DNA of 64,000 nucleotides. Origin: Rhodoferax sp. OV413. Its GTDB lineage: Bacteria; Pseudomonadota; Gammaproteobacteria; Burkholderiales; Burkholderiaceae_C. Where the stretch lies: assembly GCA_943371745.1 (NCBI GenBank), contig CALRWE010000001.1, forward strand, positions 14,290 through 78,289, given 5' to 3'. This document shows positions 33,830 through 42,512 of the stretch, one piece after another. Position numbers and translations under genes: made by a program. Position 1 is the stretch's first letter; each line of letters opens with the position of its first letter. Below the pieces are notes generated by a model. The model made no database searches and was not told the origin of the DNA. It saw only the letters and a program-made list of their open reading frames with translations.

Positions 33830-35548
33830 GTGACTACCGATCCCACTCTTCAGACGCAGCCTGCGATTCGGCTGGGGGACAAATTGGTCGAATTGGGCTT
33901 GGTTTCCCAGGACCAGTTGCGAATCGCACTTCAGGAGCAAAAAAACACCGAAAAACCTTTGGGTGAGATATTTTTGCTCCTGGGTTTTGTCACGGAAGAA
34001 GCCATGCGCGCCGCGCTGGCAGACAAGCTGGGCGAAGAAGCCATCAGCCTCAAAGGCATCGTGGCCGACCCCAACGCGCTGGCGCTGGTGTCCAAGGCCC
34101 TCGCCAGGCGGCTGATGCTGTTTCCTGTCAGTCTGGACCACCAAAACAATACGTTGATCGTCGCAAGTCCCAATCCTCACGACATTGTGGCCACTGATCA
34201 ATTGAATTCACTTCTGATGGGCGGTCCACGCCCGCTGTGGCGCCTGGCCAGCAGTGCCGAGGTGCTGGGCGCCATTGAGCACTTTTATGGGCATGAGCTC
34301 TCGATTGACGGCATCTTGCAGGAGCTTGAAACCGGCACCATTGACATGACCAGCTTGTTGCAAGAGGCTGACGGTTACAGCCATCCCGTGGTGCGTTTGA
34401 TTGATGCTTTGCTCGCGGATGCCACCTTGCGCGGCGCATCAGACTTGCATTTCGAGCCCGAAATGCAGTTTTTGCGCATTCGCTATCGCATCGATGGCGT
34501 TTTGCGGCAAGTCCGTGTCTTGCACATGCGTTACTGGTCAGCCATGGTCGTGCGGCTTAAAGTGATCGCAGGCATGAATATTGCCGAAACACGGGCACCA
34601 CAGGACGGTCGTATTTCTTTGTCCATTTCAGGCCGTGCTGTTAGTTTCCGCTCCGCGGTGCAGCCCACCATTCACGGTGAAAACTTTGTCCTGCGCATCC
34701 TGGATCGCAAAAGCGGCATTGTTCCCATCACTGGCCTGGGGCTCTCGGAGCCGCAACTCAACGTACTGCAGCTTATGCTGTCCCGGCCCGAAGGCATTTT
34801 GCTGGTGACCGGACCGACTGGCTCGGGGAAAACCACCACGCTCTATTCCATTTTGGGTCACCTCAACAGCGAGGGGGTCAACATCATGACCCTGGAAGAC
34901 CCGGTTGAATACCCCATGCCGCTCATCCGGCAGACCTCGCTGTCCGATGCCGTCAAAATGGACTTTGCCGAAGGCATTCGCTCCATGATGCGGCAAGACC
35001 CCGACATCATCCTGGTGGGTGAAGTGCGGGACAAAGACACGGCAGAGATGGCGTTTCGGGCCGCGATGACCGGTCACCAGGTGTTCTCCACTTTGCACAC
35101 CAATTCGGCTATTCGCTCGATTCCGCGCTTGATTGACATGGGTATTGAGCCCAATGTGCTGGCCGGTAATGTCATTGGCATCGTGGCCCAGCGCCTGGTC
35201 AGGGCCTTGTGCAATGCCTGCAAGCAGCCTTACGACCCCAGTCCGGTCGAGGTCCAGTTGCTCAAGTTGAAGGCCAATGAATCCCTCTCCCTGTACCGGG
35301 CGGTGGGGTGCCAGGCCTGTGAGAACCGGGGCTTCAAGGGCCGCCTGTCGATAATGGAGCTGCTCAAGTTCGATGCTGTGCTTGATGACATGGTGACTGA
35401 GCGGGCGAGCCTCAAAGCCATGAGCGATTATTTGCAGAAGAAGGGCTTTGTGACGATGGCTGAAGACGGCATGCGCCGTGTGCGCGCTGGCATGACCACG
35501 CTTGAGGAAGTGGGGCGCGTGGTCGACTTGACCGAGTGGCTTGACTGA
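33830..35548 (+). CDS. GspE/PilB-family secretion ATPase with N-terminal MshEN-type domain
   Basis: It has the Walker A motif GPTGSGKTT, EDPVEY, the Walker B motif DPDIILVGEVRD and the His box TGHQVFSTLHTN. The tetracysteine motif is CNACK...GCQACENRGFKGR. The N-terminus carries RLGDKLVELGLVSQDQLRIALQEQ. A GTG start is assumed. Confidence 0.92.
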   Translation: MTTDPTLQTQPAIRLGDKLVELGLVSQDQLRIALQEQKNTEKPLGEIFLLLGFVTEEAMRAALADKLGEEAISLKGIVADPNALALVSKALARRLMLFPVSLDHQNNTLIVASPNPHDIVATDQLNSLLMGGPRPLWRLASSAEVLGAIEHFYGHELSIDGILQELETGTIDMTSLLQEADGYSHPVVRLIDALLADATLRGASDLHFEPEMQFLRIRYRIDGVLRQVRVLHMRYWSAMVVRLKVIAGMNIAETRAPQDGRISLSISGRAVSFRSAVQPTIHGENFVLRILDRKSGIVPITGLGLSEPQLNVLQLMLSRPEGILLVTGPTGSGKTTTLYSILGHLNSEGVNIMTLEDPVEYPMPLIRQTSLSDAVKMDFAEGIRSMMRQDPDIILVGEVRDKDTAEMAFRAAMTGHQVFSTLHTNSAIRSIPRLIDMGIEPNVLAGNVIGIVAQRLVRALCNACKQPYDPSPVEVQLLKLKANESLSLYRAVGCQACENRGFKGRLSIMELLKFDAVLDDMVTERASLKAMSDYLQKKGFVTMAEDGMRRVRAGMTTLEEVGRVVDLTEWLD

Positions 35549-36747
35549 TGGCCTTATTTCAATTTCGGGCCACCAACGACGCCGGCGAAATCAACAAAGG
35601 CCAGATTGAGGCTTTGAACGAGCGCGATCTCGAAGCCCAGCTCAAACGCATCGGTTTCAGCCTGTTGTCCGTCAAGGTGCTTCAGCAACGCCAGCGCATC
35701 GTCAAGTCCTTGCCTCGGCGGGACGTGATTGATTTTTTCTTCCAACTGGAGATGCTGGTGCGTGCAGGGGTGCCCTTGCTGGCCTCTTTGGGGGATTTGC
35801 GGGACGAGGCGGGGTCTCCAGCCATCCGGGACCTGTGCAGTGGATTGTTTGAAAAAATCGAGGCTGGCACCACCTTTGGCGAGGCTGTGGCGGCCTATTC
35901 CGGCGTCTTTTCGGCCACCAATGTCAGTTTGATTCGCGCGGGCGAAGTCACTGGGCAATTGCCCGATGTGCTCAAGGAAATAGTGCGTGCCCTGAAATGG
36001 CAGGATGAAATGACATCCACCACCAAAAAGCTCTTGATGTACCCCAGTTTTGTGCTGGTCATTGTGGGTGGTGTGGTGTTTTTTCTCATGATTTACCTGG
36101 TGCCCCAACTGATTGGTTTTTTGACCAACATGGGCCAGGAAATACCGCTGCAAACCCGCATGCTGATCGGGTTGTCCAACTTGTTTGTCAACTATTGGTG
36201 GGCGATGTTATCGGTGCCTGTCGTTGTGGTTGTGGTCCTGATGACCCTGTCAGCGGCGGTGCCTGGTGTGCGGTTCAAGCTGCACCAACTGCAATTGAAT
36301 TTGCCTTATGTGGGCCCAGTTTTGGAAAAAATTATTCTCGCGCGCTTTGCCGATACTTTTGCGCTGATGTACCGCACGGGTATTCCCCTGATCGAAGGAC
36401 TGACCTACTGCCAGGACGTCACCAGCAACATGGTCATTCAGCGCGCCCTGAGGCGCGTGCGTGAGCGCGTCATCAACGGCACATCGCTGTCAGACAGTTT
36501 TGCATCCGAGATGCTATTCCCGTCCCTGGTCATCCGCATGATGCGGGTGGGGGAGTCCACGGGCGCGCTCGACTCATCGCTGGCCAACATCAGCTACTTT
36601 TATACCCGGGACATCAATGAATCGGTCGGACGGGTTCAGGCCATGATCGAGCCCGCACTGACCGTGGTGATGGGGCTCATCTTGGGCTGGATCATGATGG
36701 CTGTCTTGAGTCCGATTTATGACACCATTTCTAAAATGAAAATGTGA
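35548..36747 (+). CDS. GspF/PilC-family platform protein
   Basis: A 399-aa protein with a duplicated GspF-type domain and 3 TM regions. The ATG overlaps the ATPase stop (TGATG). Confidence 0.9.
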   Translation: MALFQFRATNDAGEINKGQIEALNERDLEAQLKRIGFSLLSVKVLQQRQRIVKSLPRRDVIDFFFQLEMLVRAGVPLLASLGDLRDEAGSPAIRDLCSGLFEKIEAGTTFGEAVAAYSGVFSATNVSLIRAGEVTGQLPDVLKEIVRALKWQDEMTSTTKKLLMYPSFVLVIVGGVVFFLMIYLVPQLIGFLTNMGQEIPLQTRMLIGLSNLFVNYWWAMLSVPVVVVVVLMTLSAAVPGVRFKLHQLQLNLPYVGPVLEKIILARFADTFALMYRTGIPLIEGLTYCQDVTSNMVIQRALRRVRERVINGTSLSDSFASEMLFPSLVIRMMRVGESTGALDSSLANISYFYTRDINESVGRVQAMIEPALTVVMGLILGWIMMAVLSPIYDTISKMKM

Positions 36748-36754
36748 GACCGCC

Positions 36755-38233
36755 ATGAAGACCGTCCTTCACATCTCAGCGGCTGACGCGCAATATTGGC
36801 GCCAAAACGCGCGGGGCTGGCAACCCTGTGACGATGCCGGGTCTGGCCCCCTGTGGGTGGTGATCAACCTGCCTGAAGAAGGTTTTTTTGAAATTCAAGT
36901 GCCGGTTTTGTTCGGTCGCGATCGAAAAAACTATGTTCAAAGGCAACTCGACAGCCGGTTCCCCGACACTCCTTACCGCACCGTGTTAACCCCAGCGGGC
37001 AGTGGCAGCTTGATGGATCGCCTGGCGCCCCCGTTGCAAACCATTTTTGGTGTGGATGCTGCGCCGCGTTTGAGTGCGCTCATCGCGGGCGCAGGAACGG
37101 CACCTATCGCCGGCGTTTGGGCCACGTCCATGCTGTTGGCTCGCCTGGGTGGTCACAAAGCGCTGCCCAGCGAGTTATTTGTGGCGCTGCCCGGGGCGGG
37201 TGCGCTGAGAATCGTTTACCTGAAAAACCGCGTCCCGGTGTTCAGCCGCCTCATTCCGGGCGTGACCGAGGCGGCCAATATGGCCGACGAAATCACGCGC
37301 ACCGTGCGCCACCTTGAAAACACCCACGTGCTGGAGCGTTCTACTGCATTGCGTAACGTGCTTTTTCTTCACAATGAGACCGACATCGACCCTTGGCTGG
37401 CGCAAGAACGCTTGTCACGCGTGCCCGCCCCACCGCCTTGGCGCTCAGCCGCACCCGCTGACTGGCGATTTGCGCTGTTTGACATGGCGGTCAGCTCACC
37501 GCCCGGCCAGTTGGCACCGCTGGCGCAACGCACCCGGTTTGTGGCCAGCAAGTTGCGGCCTCGGATCTACGCTGCAGCGGCATTGTGTGTGGTGCTGGGG
37601 GCCTGGGCCACTGCTGGCAACCTCAGCGAGGTTGCCAGTGGCTACACCAGCCTGGCGCAGGCCGGGAGCAGCACGGACCAACTCAACAGCCAGATCAGTG
37701 ATGTGGAGCAGAAAGTTGCCAGTTTTGGGGTCTCGTCCGAGGTTGTTCAAAGCGCCGTGGCGCTGGATCAGGGTGAAATCGCCGCAGCGCCTTCGCTGGC
37801 CCGGCACATGGTCCAGCTCTCGGGTATCGTCACTGCCCTTGAGTCGGTGCGCCTGAACCAGCTGGGTTGGCGTATCCTTGACTCGGGCAAGGAGGGTTGC
37901 AGCCAAAGCGCGGCCACCACACCCGTGCCCACCACCGCAGAGGCGGGGGCTGCTGCAGCCGTTCCCGAGCGGCGCGTTGAAATCAATTTTGGCGTGGTCT
38001 GGCCTGCCAGCCAGAGCGACAGAGCGCGCGCCCAGGACATCAGCAACCTGTCTGCCAGGGTGTCAAAAATGGACGGCGTCCATCTGCTGATCGATCCCGC
38101 CCAGGCGCTCGCCCGGGGCAAGCTCACCGGCGGAGGCGCCGTGGCCGACAACTCAAGTCTTGATGCACAGTCCTGGTGCCTCACCTTGCCTGGCAGCGGT
38201 GGCGTCAACCCGGGGCTCGCCAAACATGAATGA
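36755..38233 (+). CDS. Hypothetical bitopic protein; possible GspL / fused PilM-PilN analogue (inference only)
   Basis: It is 492 aa and I recognise no motif. It has a cytoplasmic region of about 270 aa, a single TM (IYAAAALCVVLGAWATAGNL) and a periplasmic region of about 200 aa with a coiled-coil-like start. Its position is directly after the platform gene and before a PilO/GspM-like gene. Confidence 0.4.
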   Translation: MKTVLHISAADAQYWRQNARGWQPCDDAGSGPLWVVINLPEEGFFEIQVPVLFGRDRKNYVQRQLDSRFPDTPYRTVLTPAGSGSLMDRLAPPLQTIFGVDAAPRLSALIAGAGTAPIAGVWATSMLLARLGGHKALPSELFVALPGAGALRIVYLKNRVPVFSRLIPGVTEAANMADEITRTVRHLENTHVLERSTALRNVLFLHNETDIDPWLAQERLSRVPAPPPWRSAAPADWRFALFDMAVSSPPGQLAPLAQRTRFVASKLRPRIYAAAALCVVLGAWATAGNLSEVASGYTSLAQAGSSTDQLNSQISDVEQKVASFGVSSEVVQSAVALDQGEIAAAPSLARHMVQLSGIVTALESVRLNQLGWRILDSGKEGCSQSAATTPVPTTAEAGAAAAVPERRVEINFGVVWPASQSDRARAQDISNLSARVSKMDGVHLLIDPAQALARGKLTGGGAVADNSSLDAQSWCLTLPGSGGVNPGLAKHE

Positions 38234-38834
38234 CTGGAAAATCATCGCCCGGCTGGCGCGGCGCAGCCTGTTGGCGCTTTCTGTATCAATCTTGCTGGTG
38301 CTCGCCCTGTACCACGGCAGCGCTTTACTCAAAGACCGCCAGGCCAGCCAACTGATGGAGACCAATCAGCAGATGAGCTCACTCCAGGGCCGTTTGACGC
38401 AAAGGCAAGCTGATCTTGCCAACATGCAGGCACAGGCCGGGCGTTTCCGTCAACTGAGCGAACAGGGTTTGCTTGGCGCTGCGGACAGAGCGGGGTGGGT
38501 TGACCAACTGAAGGCCAGTGTCGCCCGCACAGGGCTGCCACTTGACGCACTGCGCTACACCTTGCAAGAGCCCCAAGCCCTGGCCTCGTCGGGTTCCGGT
38601 GCCACGGATGCGGTTGCCCTGAGCGCCGGGCCCAACATTCACAATCTGGACTTTGAATTGAAGAATATCCATGAGCAAGACCTCCTGTCCTTGCTGCACG
38701 ACTATAGGGCGAATGTGAGGGGATTATTCAGGGTGCAAGCCTGCACTTTCTCGGAGCCGAATGATTCCGGCTTGTCGGCACGATGCACCTTGCGGTTTTT
38801 CAATTTGCCAGATGAAAAGCCGGGTCAGGCCTGA
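38226..38834 (+). CDS. Hypothetical bitopic coiled-coil protein; PilO/GspM/MshJ-like architecture (inference)
   Basis: It has an N-terminal TM (LLALSVSILLVLALY) and then a coiled-coil (QQMSSLQGRLTQRQADLANMQAQAGRFRQL). The ATGAATGA overlaps the upstream stop. Confidence 0.45.
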   Translation: MNDWKIIARLARRSLLALSVSILLVLALYHGSALLKDRQASQLMETNQQMSSLQGRLTQRQADLANMQAQAGRFRQLSEQGLLGAADRAGWVDQLKASVARTGLPLDALRYTLQEPQALASSGSGATDAVALSAGPNIHNLDFELKNIHEQDLLSLLHDYRANVRGLFRVQACTFSEPNDSGLSARCTLRFFNLPDEKPGQA

Positions 38835-38861
38835 CGGCTCCCATTTCTGACCAGCGAACCC

Positions 38862-39368
38862 ATGCCTGATCTCCAGACTTTGTCCATGTTCTTCCTTTTG
38901 TTTCGTCACCGCCAAGCTGAGCCGCCTCGCTTGCACCGGCATGGCTGCGTACCCACTCGCGCCCTGATGGGCTTGTTTGGTCTGCTGTGCCTGCTGACAG
39001 CGCACGCGGCGGAGGTGACCCCTGTGCCGGGTGAGCCTCTGCAAACGCTTTTTTATTCGGCCTCTGAGCGCAGTGCAATTGACCGCATCCGCTCGGGCAG
39101 TGGGCCTGAGGGCGCGCCCAACCTGCCCCAGGTAGTCCATGTCAATGGCATTGTCAAGCGTCAGGGGGGCGGCAGCACCGCGTGGCTCAATGGCTTGCCG
39201 GTGCGCGACGGGGACGCGATTGCGCCTGATCAACGAGTGCTCACCATCGACGGGGGTGTCCGTCTCAATGGTGTGCCCGTGAAGGTGGGGGAGGCGCTGG
39301 ACCTCAAGACCCAGGCGCGCCAGGACGTGGTGGCGCCGGGTGCTGTGACGGTGCGTGCCAAAAAATAA
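38862..39368 (+). CDS. GspB/MshK-like small envelope protein
   Basis: It has a hydrophobic segment or signal (MGLFGLLCLLTAHAAEV). The C-terminal part VHVNGIVKRQGGGSTAWLNGLPVRDGDAIAPDQRVLTIDGGVRLNG resembles the GspB C-terminal domain pattern. The start is uncertain (38862 or 38967). Confidence 0.5.
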   Translation: MPDLQTLSMFFLLFRHRQAEPPRLHRHGCVPTRALMGLFGLLCLLTAHAAEVTPVPGEPLQTLFYSASERSAIDRIRSGSGPEGAPNLPQVVHVNGIVKRQGGGSTAWLNGLPVRDGDAIAPDQRVLTIDGGVRLNGVPVKVGEALDLKTQARQDVVAPGAVTVRAKK

Positions 39369-39391
39369 GACAATACCCCCAGTACAGCACC

Positions 39392-39634
39392 ATGGCATCG
39401 CCCCCCCCAAAAACGCTGCTGCAACGGCATCGCAGCAAATCAATGCGCCGGCGCATGAGTCTGATCGTCGGGCTGTGCCTCTTGATCACCGGCTATGCGC
39501 TGTTGGCCGTGAGCCCTAACACCCCCACCGACTGGGTGATGCTTCGTGTGGTGGGGGGGTTTGCTTTGTTGTTTGTGGGCTTTGCGACTGCAATTTCTCC
39601 CTTTTTGGCCGGATTGGTGGGTGACGATGAATGA
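39392..39634 (+). CDS. Small 2-TM membrane protein, unknown function
   Basis: It is 80 aa with an Arg-rich N-terminus and two hydrophobic helices. Its 3' end overlaps the response-regulator start by 8 nt. Coding status rests on context only. Confidence 0.4.
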   Translation: MASPPPKTLLQRHRSKSMRRRMSLIVGLCLLITGYALLAVSPNTPTDWVMLRVVGGFALLFVGFATAISPFLAGLVGDDE

Positions 39635-40262
39635 CAAGGCCATGGCCTCGGGGCTGCTGCCCGACACCGTCCTGGTTGTGGAGGATGACCCTGCACTGTG
39701 CGCCTATCTGGTGTCTTCGCTGCAAGATGCCGGCTTCACGGTGCATCACGCCCATGACCGCTTGCAAGCGAGTCGTTTTTTCAATGCACCCCAGCCACCG
39801 GCCTTGGTATTGCTTGATCTGGGCTTGCCGCCCCATGCCAGCACGCTGACGGAAGGCGTGGCCGTGCTGGAGCTGGGCTTGCAGCGTAGCCCAAGCAGCA
39901 AATTTATTGTGTTGACGGGGCAGGATGAAGAGGCCGCCGCGCTGGAGGTGGTGCGCAAAGGCGCATTTGACTTCCTGGTCAAGCCCGCGGCCATGGCCGC
40001 GATCTTGGCTGCCCTGAGGCGTGCGCAATTGTTTGTGTGCCAGGAAAACCGGCTTGCCCTGCTCGGTGAAGCGCGGCTCTTCTTGACAACCCGGCTTGAT
40101 GAAGGTCCCAAACAAGCTGCTTCCAACGCCGAGGAGCAGCTGCTGCGCCGCGTTCTGGCGGCTACGGAGTACAACGTGGCAGAGTCCGCCCGGCAGCTGG
40201 GCTTGGCCCGTGAGCACGTTTACTACTACCTGAACAAGTATGGCATTCAGCGCCCTGGCTAG
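39627..40262 (+). CDS. Response regulator: REC domain + Fis-type HTH, no sigma-54 AAA+ module
   Basis: It has the acidic pocket VVEDD, the phosphoacceptor context LVLLDLGLPP and the conserved Lys FDFLVKP. The C-terminal HTH_8-like region is YNVAESARQLGLAREHVYYYLNKYGI. It is about 211 aa, too short for an NtrC-type central domain. Confidence 0.85.
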   Translation: MNDKAMASGLLPDTVLVVEDDPALCAYLVSSLQDAGFTVHHAHDRLQASRFFNAPQPPALVLLDLGLPPHASTLTEGVAVLELGLQRSPSSKFIVLTGQDEEAAALEVVRKGAFDFLVKPAAMAAILAALRRAQLFVCQENRLALLGEARLFLTTRLDEGPKQAASNAEEQLLRRVLAATEYNVAESARQLGLAREHVYYYLNKYGIQRPG

Positions 40263-41358
40263 CCTGTCGCTGGTGATGGTGATTGGCGGGATATGCCTGC
40301 TGATCATCAGCATGGTGTTGACCCGCCGCTTGCGTCGCCACAATGCCAATTTGCAGGCCCTGCTGCACATTGGCACACGCAATCTGGAGCCGCTGGCCAT
40401 TGCGGGCGTGGCCTGGTCGATTCTTGCGGGTGCGGGTTGGCGTGAACTGGTCATGCGCGGTGACTGGTTTGGCCACCCCATTCACAGTGTGTTTGGTGGC
40501 CCCAAGGGCGGGGGAGCCATGTCGTCGTCAAGCCAGACCTTGTTGTTCCAGATCAACAGCAGTGCCGATGTGCACCTGACCCTGCAGCTCATGCACCCCC
40601 GGGGGCAGGGCGAGCGCTGGCTGTTGGCAGAGCAACTGGCGGGTGTTTTTGCGCTCCTGCTGGAAACCAGCTTGCGCATGCGCACCGAGGCGCTCTCGGC
40701 CGCGCTGGCAGAGCGCGCCCGTTTGTCTCTGTATTTGCAGCATGACATGCGCAACCTGGCGCAGTGGGTCAGCTGGGTGGGGGCTGACTTTGCAGCCTGC
40801 ACGAGCGAAGAGGATTTGCTGCGCCTGGCCAGACGTTTGCAGGACAACGCGCCCCTGGCGCAAGAGCGTGCGCTGCGGCTGATCAGCGCGCTGGGCCAAC
40901 GCCCCACCGAAGACCAGCCGGCCTCCATCGATCTGACCCAGGCCGTGACCCAGGCGGCCCATCTGGCGGGTATTGAAATAGAGGTTGCGGGGCAGGCCCA
41001 GGGCTGGATCGCCAAAAGCCTGCTGCTGCGCGCGCTGGACAACCTGTTCTCCAACCTGGCGCCCAACTGGCGTGAGGCGGTGCAGGCACGACCCGTAGTA
41101 CAGTTGCGGCGCATGGCAACCCTTGCATCACAACCCGCCCGGGTTGAAATGCTTTTTTTCAGCCCTTTGCCTCCTGGCGCCGGGCAGATCGCGCCGGAGA
41201 AGTTGTTTGAGCCCTTTGCCAGTGGTCGCCCCGGCGGCTTGGGTCTGGGCTTGTACCAGGCGCGCCAGAGCCTGCGCGAGGCGGGTGGTGACTTGCAGGC
41301 CAGCTCGTCTCCGGGCGGGGTCAGCTTTGCGCTGGAGATTTTGGCAGACGCACCGTAA
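40240..41358 (+). CDS. Sensor histidine kinase (2 N-terminal TM, HisKA + HATPase_c)
   Basis: It has the H-box LYLQHDMRNLAQWV, the N-box-like LRALDNLFSNLAPN and the G2-box GGLGLGLYQAR. It overlaps the RR 3' end by 23 nt. Confidence 0.8.
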   Translation: MAFSALASLSLVMVIGGICLLIISMVLTRRLRRHNANLQALLHIGTRNLEPLAIAGVAWSILAGAGWRELVMRGDWFGHPIHSVFGGPKGGGAMSSSSQTLLFQINSSADVHLTLQLMHPRGQGERWLLAEQLAGVFALLLETSLRMRTEALSAALAERARLSLYLQHDMRNLAQWVSWVGADFAACTSEEDLLRLARRLQDNAPLAQERALRLISALGQRPTEDQPASIDLTQAVTQAAHLAGIEIEVAGQAQGWIAKSLLLRALDNLFSNLAPNWREAVQARPVVQLRRMATLASQPARVEMLFFSPLPPGAGQIAPEKLFEPFASGRPGGLGLGLYQARQSLREAGGDLQASSSPGGVSFALEILADAP

Positions 41359-41462
41359 ACTTTTTTCACTGTGACGAGCGTTGTTCCCGCCCTAGAATTC
41401 TCCCCTGAAGGTATCGGGCTCATGTCGGGTTCGACCTCAAGTCCAACACGAAGGAAAAATTC

Positions 41463-42155
41463 ATGAAACACCGCAGTTTGGCCCGTCAATCGGGTTTTAC
41501 ACTGGTTGAAATCGCCATTGTTCTGGTCATCATCGGCTTGCTGCTGGGTGGTGTGCTGAAGGGGCAGGAGCTGATTGAGAACTCCAAGGTCAAGAATGCA
41601 GTCGCCGACATGAACGGCATCAGTGCCGCCACGAACACTTATGTGGATCGCTTCAAGCGCGTACCCGGCGATGATGGTCCTATCGGCACATTGACTGCTC
41701 GGGGTGGTGCATGGTTAACTGCAGGTATTACTGCCGGTGGCAACAATGGCGCCCTGTCAGTGGCGGCAGGTAATACATATACACTGGTTGCTGGTGAAAG
41801 TACGGCTTTCTGGCAACACCTGAAAGCGGCTGGTCTAATCGCTGGTAATCCTGGTGCCACTGCGACCGCAGATTTGCTTCCTCGCAATGCCTTCAATGGA
41901 TTTATCGGCGTTGTAGCTGGCGTAACGCCAGCTGCGAACACTACTGGCTATAACGGTAACTCGGTTTGTTTGTCTCAAGTGCCCGGCAAGGCTGCTCGTG
42001 CGATTGATGCGCAACTGGACGATGGCATCACGGACGCTGGATCAGTCCGTGCGACTCTGAGCGCCATCTCGACAAATACAGCACCGGGCACAGCGGTACT
42101 TGCCGCTGCTGGCTATATTGACACCAATTACTATACAGTTTGTAAATCGCTTTGA
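41463..42155 (+). CDS. Prepilin-type protein, probable major pilin of the locus
   Basis: It has a class III signal: MKHRSLARQSG|[19 protein letters not shown] with Glu at +5. A C-terminal Cys pair (C169...C227) is present. A strong terminator follows immediately. Confidence 0.85.
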   Translation: MKHRSLARQSGFTLVEIAIVLVIIGLLLGGVLKGQELIENSKVKNAVADMNGISAATNTYVDRFKRVPGDDGPIGTLTARGGAWLTAGITAGGNNGALSVAAGNTYTLVAGESTAFWQHLKAAGLIAGNPGATATADLLPRNAFNGFIGVVAGVTPAANTTGYNGNSVCLSQVPGKAARAIDAQLDDGITDAGSVRATLSAISTNTAPGTAVLAAAGYIDTNYYTVCKSL

Positions 42156-42186
42156 TTTGCCACGGGTAGTTTTTAATTGAGAGCAG

Positions 42187-42209
42187 AAAACCCGCTTCGG
42201 CGGGTTTTT
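42187..42209 (+). terminator. Intrinsic terminator after the major pilin gene
   Basis: The sequence is AAAACCCGC-TTCG-GCGGGTTTTT, a GC stem with a TTCG tetraloop and a T5 run. Confidence 0.85.
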
Positions 42210-42512
42210 CTATAAGAAATATATTGAAAGGCTTGGAAGTATGGAAGGCTGTTTCAAGATGTTTTTTTTAGATCCACCACCGAGAAGGGCATTGCTTGCC
42301 CGGTTGCAAAAATGGTAAATGATCTTGTCAGCACGAACTTTGATGGCCAGTATGGCACCTGAGGCCTTTGAATCAAGATGTATTCGAGCCAAGTCAGGCG
42401 CAGCTGCGGTAAGCCAGCTTGGAGTCGCCTTGGCAAGGTCGGAGCCGCGGGCTCGATTTGAATGCCACAGGCAAGTATTGCTTACTTTCAAATGGCAAGT
42501 AATATCACGCCC

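Noticed and set aside
42353-42369. TGGCAC sequence that could be the -24 element of a sigma-54 promoter upstream of the minor pilin genes.
   Set aside because: The GC of the -12 element is off by one position (TGGCACCTGAGGCCTT against TGGCAC-N5-TTGC). The locus regulator also lacks the AAA+ domain needed for sigma-54 activation.
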